Shown one piece after another: positions 49,658-60,793 of a stretch of DNA of 64,000 bases. The translations under genes and the position numbers were made by a program. A model generated the notes under the pieces. The model was not told where the DNA came from. It saw only the letters and a program-made list of their open reading frames with translations, and did not search any database. Source of the DNA: Trichodelitschia bisporula (taxonomy: Eukaryota). Where the stretch lies: contig ML996699.1 in the NCBI GenBank assembly GCA_010356995.1, positions 62,001 to 126,000 on the forward strand. The letters run 5' to 3'. The first letter of the stretch is position 1. Every line of letters starts with the position of its first letter.

Positions 49658-51064
49658 GGGTTACTGAAGCATCGATCCAAATGGCTACAACCAGACACTC
49701 TCGATCACACGGCTGTGAGCATTTAACCACAAACGTGGCAATTGCTATCTGAGTCGCAGGGACATCAAAAACAGCTCCTGAGTCCGTTGGCACGGGCCAC
49801 ACGTGTGGATTCTTCTGAAGCTTCTTCGCCTCTGTCCCCACTATTTCGAAATTCCGTGCCCCTTTGGCAGGGAAATCCGGGGCGCGAACAGCAGCAGTGG
49901 CCAACGGCTTAGCCAATTATGGTCCGGTTGCTGGCTGCCGGAGGGTCGCCGAAGGGTCGCACCATCCCTGGAACGCTACCGACCCGGTTTACGCAAGCTT
50001 TAAGTGGAGACAATCGGCGATAACGGCGGCAACCTGTCGCTCGGCGATAATCTGATAGCAGCACAGCGGAGGGGATTGAATCGGCATACGGGACCGTGGC
50101 ATGGTTCCGCATCTCAAGGCGGGCCGGTGGATGATACCGAGCGGAGCAATGGTGAACAAGCCTTTCAGCCGATCAACGCTTGATGCTTGGAGATTGGAAA
50201 GCTCAAAACTCCATGCTTCCGCACTACTCCAGCAGCATGGGCAATCCATTTCTCAGCCGGCACCTATCGTAGCAATCCGGGCGGGAAACGCGGAATTGAA
50301 GCATCCGGGACGCGCTAATCTGGTAGCGCATAGGTAGCTAGTTTGGTGCGGCTCCACCTGGTTGCAAATCATACATAGATGAGGCGGATCCCAGAAGAGC
50401 TTCTGCGCTTGATGGGCTCCTTTGCGAGAATGCGTCAGAAGTCCAAAGTCAAGACGCGTGTACAGATGAGAGGTTGAAAAGCGGAGTTGTAAGATGTCGT
50501 CAGCCGGAACATTGAAAAAGCGGTTGCATGCGCACAGTTACCCGTATGCGGCCATGCCAAGGTTCTTTCTTCTTCCTTTCTCGATGCCGGACGACGTGCA
50601 TACTTCGTACTCGTAAGCACGATATGCACGCGCGAAGACGGCATGCATGTAGTCGTAGTTACCACGCTTCGGTAACTGACAAGCTGGAGAGTGGCAGAGC
50701 GGAGTGAGAGGGCAAATGAAGATGCGAAGAGTATAAGGGGCGCCGCAGTTGATGCAAAGGGAGCAGTGAGGTGGTCTGGGAAGTGATATACGGACTCCGG
50801 TGCCATGTGCTGTTGCGCGTAGTTGATTTTTGAGGCAAGACTACTCTTGCACATAGCAAGTTCTGATGTGGGTCGTGCCGGCAGCGGGGTGCTGCTTGCC
50901 CACTGCGATTGCCCTAACCCACGCATCGGCGGCCACGCTCTACGATCAGATCCGCTCATATCAGATCCACCGATTGCAACAAAGTTCATTCCATCATTCA
51001 GACGTTATCTAGAGACAGCACCCTATCTTCATCAACGCGCAGCCTAACACGTCGCACCAGCATC

Positions 51065-53115
51065 TCACCTCTTCCTTCCCCGCTCCTCCTCCACGGGCAC
51101 CGGTAGCATCCCCTCCGCCTCCTCCTCCTCCTCCCCATCAAGCACAATCTCATGCCCACTCCCCTCCCTCACAAACATCCCCGCAAAATTGTTCGATATA
51201 GCAATAATCCCCAAAAACCAGTACCCTGTCCCAATAACCCCCCACTCAATGCCCCGGCCGTACAACGTCGCCGCCACCGCCGGCCCAATCGTCCGCATCC
51301 CCGACGACACAGATTGACCCACGCCATGCAGGGTCCCCAGCACGCTCGGATGCGGACACGAATTATTCACCAGGATGACCATGGCCGGCAGCGCGAACGT
51401 GCGCGCCAGCACCTGCACCGCCAGCACCACGGTAATGCCCCCCCATATCCACACCCCGTTCGCCGCGGCGGGGGGCGCCGTGCTCGACGGCAGCAGCGCC
51501 AGGTACGGCGCTATGAAGTACGCAACCGGGAAAAGGAGCAGCGCGTACCGGTAGCTGCGCTCGGTGCCCAGTCTTGCCGATACGCGCGGGTAGACGAAGA
51601 GTTGGATGACGATGCCGATGGCGCCGAGGATGGAGAGCGCGAGGCCGATGCGCGCGGGGGGCATGGCGAGGCCGCCCGTGAAGTGGAAGGGGGGGGATTG
51701 GATGTGGCCCGGCGGGTAGGGGTTGGCGGGGTCGAAGCGCGGGGTCGAGAGGAAGAGGAACCAGAGGTTGTTGAAGGTGCCGACGTGGATGGCCATGAGG
51801 CCTTGGGCGAACATGGTGAAGACGACGTTGCGCGTCCAGATGCGCCGGAAGGGGAGCTTGCGGCGGGAGATGGGCTTCTTTTTGCGGGGTTGGAGCTCGA
51901 TGTCGTTGTGGGCTGAGCCTAGTTCGCCGGGCTCGTCGGTGGGGAGGGAGGCGTAGTTCTGGCTGGACTTGCGGGATATGGTTCGCCATAGCCAGCGGCC
52001 GAGCTGCTTTCCACGGTCGGGCCGTTCTTGCAGAGCGTGATGCGTCTGGCTTTGTTAGCAGGGGACATTCCACTCGGCGCTGACATACCTCGTCGAGACC
52101 GAGAAACAGGGCCGTGGTCGATATGATCAAGAACATCGCGCTGACCAGATTCGGCAGGGCATACGGCCACCTCGTCATCCACCAGACGCCATTCTCACCG
52201 CCGATCAAAGACCCAGGACCGAAGATTCCCGGATATTGGCCGACAGGATCGGAGAGCAAACCGCCTGCACACGTTAGCCGCCGGCCGTACCCGAAGACTA
52301 AAGACACGAACCGAGCATCGGGCCGATGATGACACCAACATTGAACGTCATCGGCAGGACCATGAACGCCCGCGACTGATACTTCTTCTCCTTGATGATT
52401 TCGGATATCATCTGCTTTTGTTAGCGAGGCCAGAGGTGCAGAAGGGGCTGCATACGGTTCTCATAACCCCCACATTCCCGTTCAACGCCCCACCGATGCT
52501 CCTAAAGATCATAGCCGTCCAAAACGTGCTCGCGAAGCCAAATCCCAGCGCAGACACCATAGTACCCAGTAAACCAATCATGATGACATTCTTCCGGCCA
52601 AACTTCTCCGAGTCCGCCGCCCGTCCCCACGCCATAGCAGTCAGAAACTGGGCCGCCGTGAACGAAGCCTGCATCATGCCCGCCTGGCTCGAGATAACCG
52701 AGTCCGGCAGCGATGGATCAAACGACTTGAGCTGGTAGTACATATAAGACTGCAAAGACGTCTGCGTGAGGGGCTCGGACAGGCGCGCAATCGTCAACAA
52801 CGCGAGTTGTTCCTTGCGCGGCAGCTGCGACCACGACGCCGTAACCTTCTTAGCTGGCTTCTCGGGCACGGGCGGGGACTCGGGCTCGGGGTCGTGGTAG
52901 ATCTCGGTGAGGGCTTCTTTCTGGAGCTGCGAGCTTGAGGACGAGGACGTGCTCCAGCGGCCGTATATCTCCTTGGCTTCGGCTTCGACATCGCCGGTGA
53001 GGGTGCGACTTGATGATATGGTGCTGCTTATTGAGGTCGAGGGGGCGTGGTGCGAGACCCCGGTGGTGGCCGCTTGGACTGACGGATCGTCCCGCGGGGC
53101 ATGGTGGGCGCTCAT
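51065..53115 (-). CDS. MFS transporter (DHA1/YCR023C-like), about 4 exons
   Basis: WGRAADSEKFGRK motif A, RSIGGALNGNVGVMRT, GVIIGPMLG and YALPNL. Multiple TM helices. Confidence 0.92.
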
Positions 53116-54553
53116 TCAATCTGAGGGGAGGAAGCGGGGTGAGCTAGTGGGCAAGGCTGGGCTGGGCTGGCAAGGCTGGAACGCGGAAGCGACGACTTTT
53201 TGGAGTCCGGATTTTCAATGAGGATGGGAATTGGGATTGAGGGAAATCTTCAAACAAAGAGTCAAGCGGGAAGATCGGGGTTGATGGCAAAAAAGCATCA
53301 GAAGGCGAAGACGGCATCCGGATTCTGGGCAGGCTTCGTCGCGTGCCTGCATGGTTGCCGCACTGCGCATCGGGCCAGTGAGGGGGCATGATTGAGCGAT
53401 GTGCAGCATGGGTTCTGCGGATGCGCACTGCAAAGCCGACGAGTCCGGTCAGAGAAGCGGGAAGAGATTTTCTTGGAGAGCGGGTTCGGTGGCCGATGTG
53501 GAGCGGTAGCGGTCCGGGTAGGGCGATGCGCATGCCGATTTGCCCCCGGCCGTTGGTTGACAACCCGGACAACAACCCGACCTGGAGATAAAGGTGCAGA
53601 TGGGTATCTGGTCGTCGATACCCCGCGTTTTGGAGAGTTGAGTCCATGGAGATTCATGCCGTCATGACGATGTTAACACGTGATACCTCTCTGTGAGTTG
53701 AGTTGGTGTTTTCGGTTCATCCATCACGTCGTCTTCTTCTCTCCTTGCTGTCCCTTGCTTCGCGGAATACGTAGCAATGCCAACCTCTTTAAAAGTCCGC
53801 TCATGTCAGATGCCTTAGCCATCAACCGAACGCTTCCCCGCCCTCATTTTTGCTGACGGGAAACGGTCATCCGTCCGCACGGCCAATGTAAGTCGCCTTG
53901 TTACACAACAATCTCGACGATCGGTCTGTTGCTGTTCGACGGCGCCAGTACTAGCAAACTAGGGGCGTCCTAGGACCGTCTCTTGAATATCCTAAAAATA
54001 GCCTGGTTGATATGGGACTTCCCGTCGTCGAGTCTGAATTCTACATCTGTAAACTCCTTCAACATAACTCTTTTATTCCCACTTCTCTCTTTCCAGTGTC
54101 GCATTTCACGCCTCAAGGTCACCATCAGCACGCATTCGCATTGCAAATTCTGTGGCGCGGCCGTCTCAGCCCCCAAAACCACCCCGTCGGCCAATCCGAG
54201 CCCTATACCGCCCGCACTATATGCACCTCCTCACATCAAGCGCCGACTCAGCCCCAGAAAGCTTTACTTAGCAGATCACACTTTCACCCATCGCATCTCT
54301 TTTGCGCAATAAGCCCTCCATCGCTCCCATCTCCGACCCCGTCCTGCCCTCTTTCAACCATCGTGAACGCGTATTCTCGCATCATTGTGTTCCATCCAAC
54401 GCGACGCTGAAGCGGCACACCTCCCCGCGACACCACCGCATGCGAACACCCCTTTTCCGCGATCCCTCACTTTCTCACGCGCGCCCGCGCCGCGCTCACC
54501 ACAGCCCACGCCCTCCCAGCGCAAATCCCTTTAGACCTCTCATCCCATCAACC

Positions 54554-56346
54554 ATGCCCCTCTCACGGCGCGCACCCCTCTCGCGGCGCGCAACCGTCAT
54601 CCCCGCCCCCATCGTCGTCTCCCCCAGCACCATATTCGACGGCAACGACGGCTCCTGGTCCACCTTCTCCATCAACGTCGGCACACCCCCACAACCCTTC
54701 CGCCTCCTGCCCTCGACCGAAGGCTCCGAAACCTGGGTCATCAGTCCGGGCGGGTGCACGAGCGCCGACCCCGCGAATTGTCCTGATACCCGCGGGATCA
54801 GTCCCGCGAACGGGCGCGCCAGCCCGGGTTTCCTTGCGAACCAGAGCTCGAGTTATCAGGCTAATGGATTGTATGACTTGGGGCTGGAGAAGGGGCTCAG
54901 GCTGAAGGGGAATGGGGAGTATGGGTTCGATGTTGTGGGGCTTAATGGTGGGAATGGGTCCGCCGGTGGGATCAGTCTGGATAATCAGATTATTGCCTCG
55001 ACGCCCGCGGCGGATTACTGGCTTGGACTTTTTGGACTGGGTGTCCGGCCGACGAGCTTCACCAGCAGCGGGAAGAACAAGAATAGCTTCGTGCAGTCGC
55101 TCAAGGCGCAGAATTTGATTCCCAGCGTCGCATACGGGTACACCGCCGGCGCCAAGTACCGTAAGTAGTGTTGTCCAGCGCGTACATCCGTATATGGGCT
55201 GTAACTGACAAGTCAGAAAACGGCGGCACACTTGGCAACCTCGTCCTCGGCGGCTATGACAACTCGCGCATCAAGCGCCCCATCTCACTCCCCATGACAC
55301 AAGCGCCCGACCGCGCCCTCCGCGCCGGCGTCCAATCCATAATCACAAGCGGCGACCTACTCGGGCAAACGCGCTCCTTCACCGCCACGATCGGGGGCTA
55401 CTTCGCCGTCGTCGACTCCAGCGTACCGCACATATGGATGCCGCGCCCCATCTGCGACCAATTCGAGGAAGCATTCGGGCTGACGTACGACCCGCTGTCC
55501 GATCTGTACCTCATCAACGACACGTCGCACGCGACGCTGCAGAAGAACAACCCGATCATCACATTCAAGATCGGCGGCCAGTCCTTCGACGACGGGAACA
55601 GCACGAGTATCGCGCTGCCCTACGGCGCCTTCGACCTGCAAATCGGATACCCGGTCTATCTGCCCACGCAGAACTACTTCCCCATCCGCCGCGCCGCGAA
55701 CGACTCCCAGCTCACCCTCGGCCGCACCTTCCTCACCGGCGCCTACCTAATCGTCGACCCAGAGCGACAAAACTTCACCCTCGGGCCCGCGGTCTTCGGC
55801 AACCCCCTCCCCAAGCAGCAAATCGTATCCATCCGCTCCCCCACCTCCAATTCCTCCAAATCCCCCTCCGGCATCTCCACCGGCGCCATAATCGGCATCG
55901 CAGTGGGCGTCGTCCTCCTCCTCGCCCTCGTCGCCGCGGCCTTCTTCTGGCGCCGCAAAAAGCAGCAAAACAAACGCAAATCCATCGCCGCCGCTGAACT
56001 CTCCGCCGCCGAGCGCGCGCGCCACGAGAGCGGCAAACCCGACTACACCGACGGCGGCGCCGGCGCCGTAGAAATGGGCGCCTCGTCCGAAAACACCCGC
56101 CACGAACTCGCCGTCCCCCAAACGCCGGGCACAGCTGGCTTCTACGCCGAGCGCAAGGACACGCCGCACAGCTTCGCATCCGAGCTGCCGACCCCGAGGC
56201 CTGTGTTCGAGATGATGGGGGATGTGCCTATTGCGGGGGGCGTGAGCGGGACGACGACGCCGCGGTTTGGGGGGAGTAGTCCTGGGTTGACGCCGACGGG
56301 GTCGAGTCCGGATCTAGGGGCGGGGAGGGGGGGAAGGAGGAGGTGA
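54554..56346 (+). CDS. Pepsin-fold (A1) protein with C-terminal TM helix and cytoplasmic tail; probably catalytically inactive
   Basis: DGNDGSWSTFSINVGTPPQ, GLFGLG, LVLGGYD, VVDSSVPHIW, LGRTFL..AYLIVD and TM GAIIGIAVGVVLLLALVAAAFFW-RRKK. Intron 55161-55216. An alternative in-frame ATG lies at 54440. Confidence 0.87.
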
Positions 56347-56910
56347 CGTGAGGAGGGGGATGATGTGCCGTTGTTGCCGATCACCAGGAGGGGGTGATAG
56401 GCTAGCGCGTTGTTCCCAGCGGTTTTTGAGTGCGTGTGTTTGGGGGGTTTGGTGTTGGTGGGGCCTGGACTGCTTGTACATACCCTTTTTATCGCGATGG
56501 TGTAATATGTATACGCTCCCTGGATGGAGGACGGTGGGTTGTACTGTATGATGGGACGAGGCGGCGTAGTGGCGGCTTACGGGTACTTAATTTCAATGTC
56601 TGATTGTGTTCTCATATTTTGATGTTTTGTTCAATTCGTGCTCGTCTCGCGGCATATAACCCAATGCCAATCAGGGTAGACCATCTCTCGCATCTGTACA
56701 AATCATGGTATCCAACCCATTACAGTAAATCGTTCAGAAACCCGCTATCATATCAGCGTCCCAAAACGCCGCCCATGCCCGCCATGCTAGAAAAAAACCA
56801 TACAATGCACGCTCTCGCAATTCGCGAGGCACCCATCAGCCGTTATATCGACATATCCCGCGCCCCTTTTGTTCGTCGTATTATGATCGTTGGTGTTGGA
56901 GAGGGAGAGA

Positions 56911-57066
56911 TCATGAGTCCACGCGGCTGCTGCTGACTTCGCTCTCGGTGTCGCCGCGGCGCGCTATGCCCATCCGGTCCTGGAGCACGAAGATGAGGTA
57001 GCCAACGAGGGCGATGGCGATGAAGAGGAGGAGGACGATGAGGAAAATGACGATGTTGCGCTTCAT
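56911..57066 (-). CDS. 51-aa single-pass membrane microprotein
   Basis: MKRNIVIFLIVLLLFIAIALVGYLIFVLQDRMGIARRGDTESEVSSSRVDS. CAACCATG start context, GC3-biased codons and a pyrimidine-rich leader like neighbouring genes. Confidence 0.7.
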   Translation of the reverse strand: MKRNIVIFLIVLLLFIAIALVGYLIFVLQDRMGIARRGDTESEVSSSRVDS

Positions 57067-57579
57067 GGTTGGGGGTTGGGGGGGTTTTGTGAGAGGGTGA
57101 GGTGGGGAAGGCTGAGAGGAGAGAGAGGTGGTGGAGTGGAGGGTCGAGGGGTGGAGAGTGTAGAGTTTTGCGGGATGATGCGAGTGTCTTTCGAGAAGTA
57201 GAGACTCGGCGTAGCCAAAATGTGTATGCAAAAGCGCAGTTGACCTCGTTGTTGTAGTCAAAGCTGTGAGTTGCAAGATCTATCCACTCTGTCAGCCTCA
57301 TCCAAAAAGGCCGCAAAGAGCGCTGCACTTACCAAAACTCAGCAACAGTGCAGCCAAAAGTCGATCAAGCACAGCGCCGTATAGTCTCAATATCCTCAAT
57401 CGTAAGGTCGTAAAGAGGCAGCAAGTTGTCAGTGATGCACCAAGTCTTCAGATGGCCTTCCCAAAACACCGCCCAACACACGCACTTTTATTCCTCCCCA
57501 GCGACGGAGGTTGGAGGGGTTGGGCCAAACCGGCCACAACACACGGCACCAGCCACTGTGTGTGGGCGGGGCAACGCGC

Positions 57580-57581
<2 letters not shown>

Positions 57582-57637
<56 letters not shown>
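57582..57637. repeat. G56 homopolymer
   Basis: Counted directly. Confidence 0.9.
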
Positions 57638-57638
<1 letters not shown>

Positions 57639-59179
57639 GGCTGGGCATTGCGGGCGGGCCGACGCCTCGCGTCCCTCCGACTCCACTTAAAGCACGCGTG
57701 GGCGCGTTTCGGGGACGAGGAGGAGATGAAATAAACTGCGGAAGTGGACGTAAAGTGCGTCGGCGGTTGATTGCTACTAAACACGAGCTGCGCCTGCGGT
57801 GATGCTGTTGTGGACTGGTTATTCCGAGGGGTTCGGGGGAGACCCGTGTGGCTGGGCCGAGGCTTGGCGCCTGGAGGCGGCCCGGGGGCGCTAGTGACGG
57901 GGCCCGAGTTTGGATGATCGTCGGGCCGCGATTGTACTTGATTGAGCGCACTTTGCAAAAGCAGGAGTTCAGAAAAGGATGCGTCAGAGGCGTTGCCGGT
58001 GGCATTTCTCGCTGTTGCGGTCGGCTACTATGACAACGATGGTTCTGGACCGCTGTGGACAGGATCCTGGTTTCCATGAGGTAGGCGGCCGACTGACCCT
58101 GACTTCGATCATACTCGGGGCATCGAGGATTCATGATGACCCGGCACGAAAGGGAGCAGTACGTACATCATCAACTTTCCTTTAGTACTTTGATACTCAT
58201 TGGCCCAACGAAGGATGGTGTGTCAAAGCATACTTGCCAGCACTTGACGACTTCACCTTCATTCCCTCGGACAAACTCTTCCATCCAAATGGAACCCAGG
58301 CACATCACGGCATCTTCAAACCTCTCAGGATCCCTAGGACGTCAAGATTCTTGGGCTTCATGACGACGAAGCATCTGGCTCACATGAGCGGGGTGCCCGG
58401 CTTGCTTTTCAGGCCGTCATCGCCTGCCACACCTGGTACGGCACTCGACGATATCAAGCCTCCATATCGGCGTAACCTTCGGCGGTGCTGGGAGGAGGCT
58501 TCCAAGCATCATGCCGACTTCGGGTCGCAGTCTGCTGCAAAAGTGGATGAACTCGACAGCACTCTGCGGCGGAAAGGGGCGAGGGCCTCAGGACTTGATC
58601 TAAAGGAGATACGGCAGCGGGCCTTGCGGAGGATCCTCAGCGACGACAGACCGCGAACTCAACCGCCGTCGCGGGTAAGCAGGCGAAGTTCCATGTGCCC
58701 ACCATTCTAAAGATGCTCTGGCGATAGAGGCGCCTTCTTTGAACCGTGAAGTTGGCAGTGGTCGTGAGAGTCTCCCTCGGGCAGCGGTTGGTGAGTTAAG
58801 AGCTGCATTCTCCTCAGACTGCATGAGTTGTCTGCCCACAGAGCTGACCGTTAGGCACTGGAGCGCTTCATGGCTGAAAGGGGGCCAGGAGGCGTATTCG
58901 CGTCTGGTGTAGGAGTCCAAGCCCAGAGAGATATCCCACCGTCTGCCGCAACTTGGACGTCCACAACTAGCAAAGTGGTATTCAGATTCGGCAATACTTG
59001 GTATCTGTAACATGAGGTTGGTACAATACAAAGCCGTTACAAAATAGCCTACATGAACTCGGAAAGCCCGCAACACCCCCCTCCAACCACCATCACAGTC
59101 CGGTCAGTCGAACAAAACCCTCCCAAACATACACCACGCATATCTCCACACTCTGGCCGCCCAATCCTCCTGAACCGCT

Positions 59180-59879
59180 CTACTTCCCCTCCTCCTTCTT
59201 CCCGCCATCCTCAGCTTTAAACTTCAAACTAACACTATTAACACAATGCCTCTCATCCGTGGGCGTAGGATACCCCTCCCCCTTAAACACATGCCCAAGA
59301 TGCCCCCCACAATTCGCACACACAATCTCCGTCCTACTCATCCCAAACGCCTTATCCTCCTTCCTAACCACCGCACCCGGGACAGCGTCGAAAAACGCAG
59401 GCCACCCGCATCCGCTGCTGAACTTATGCTTCGCCGTGTACAGCGGCGCGTCGCAACCTGCGCATGTGTACGCCCCGGAGGACGGCGCGTGCTTGTCGTA
59501 TTCGCCGCTGAACGGGGCTTCGGTGCCTTTTTGGCGGAGGATGCGGAATTGCGCTGCCGATGCTGTTAGATGGGAGGTTTGAGGGGTGGGATGGGATGGG
59601 ATGGAACGCACCGGGCGAGAGCTGCGCTTGCCATTCTGAGTCGGATTTTTGCACGGGGAAGGACATGTTATCGGCGGAGGAGGAGTTAGATCCGAAGAGC
59701 GAGCTGAGGAAGGGGATGGGCATGGACGCGCGCAGGAGTGTCGGTAGCGTGGGGCGGAAGCGGCGGGCGGATGTGCTGAGTGCTGAACTTCGGGCTGTGC
59801 GGGCGAGTGTGTGAGTTGTGCGTCGTGGTGTGCGGGTAACGGTTTGCAATGTGCGGGCTAGAGGGCGGGGGGAGTGCAT
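59180..59879 (-). CDS. msrB: Peptide methionine-R-sulfoxide reductase B with mitochondrial-type presequence, 2 exons
   Basis: EWQAQLSP-AQFRILRQKGTE, CAGC and CANC zinc pairs, SGCGWPAF, GGHLGHVF and RHCVNS. Intron 59554-59611. Confidence 0.95.
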
Positions 59880-60571
59880 GGGATATATACTGTTGGCGAT
59901 GAGGCTGTGAGTTGGGAAGCGAGATGCGGAGGTGATGGAAGTTGCGGGGTGACAAATACTTGCCCACATGGGGGAGGGCGGGGTGGCTGCGGTCGGGAAG
60001 ATTATGTTCGTCATCGGCCCCGCTTCTGGATCTCGGTGGACTGCGGGTGAGATTCGCACGTGTTGGGGGGCTATTGATGATTACTTGTCGTTGTGGTGCC
60101 TGCTCTGCAGTATTTGGACTACTTGCTATTTGAGATGGGCCTTATTTGCAATTATAATGTTCTGCACTTGGATACGAGTACTCACCTAGCCACTGCAGCC
60201 TCGTCGACAGTCAACCAAAACCTCTCGATGACGTAGCGCCTGTTTCCACGAAAGTGTTTTCCATAGCCTCAGCCTCCATTGAACAAATACTTTGCTAGAA
60301 CTGCGAATTGGCATTGGAGGAGATGTTAGGCAGCAAACATATGCTACGAAACAACCGGAGCTTTGCGATCACAGCGTAGGAGGTACCGTACATCAGGTGA
60401 GGCATCGCCATAGAGACGCAATGCCTCCGCTAGCAGCTTCACCAAAGTCAAGACCCCGACTTCAAGGACACAGTGAGCTATCTCTCTGCGTCCAGCCCAT
60501 CTTCCATTTCAAGAAGAGGTTCATTCCGCCGCACCCCGCGCTCACACTCGCGGTGACGTGTCGCCTAAGCC

Positions 60572-60793
60572 TCAAGCATCGCCTTCGCTCCGTCCGGTTG
60601 GTGTAGACACTGCACGATCTGCCAGCTCCGCTCTGTATGCCAGCAACTTCTCTCTGTATGCCAGCTTCTTCTCTCTAAAGTCAAGCTTCATCTCCCTGTA
60701 TTCCAGCATCTTCGCTCTGAATGCAACTTCCTTCGCTCGGAATTCAAGTTCTTTCGCTTTGTATTTCAGCCAGACCCGTCTGGAGCAGTACAT
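60572..60793 (-). other. Heptad-repeat (21-nt period) coiled-coil coding segment; gene status unclear
   Basis: LKYKAKE LEFRAKE VAFRAKM LEYREMK LDFREKK LAYREKL LAYRAEL. No convincing upstream exons. Confidence 0.4.

Noticed and set aside
42918..56346. Secondary-metabolite cluster (racemase, ABC, MFS, protease)
   Set aside because: No PKS, NRPS, terpene or RiPP core gene and no cluster regulator in the window.
58030..58710. Possible spliced hypothetical gene
   Set aside because: Splice-like signals exist, but there is no consistent start, codon bias or recognisable domain.
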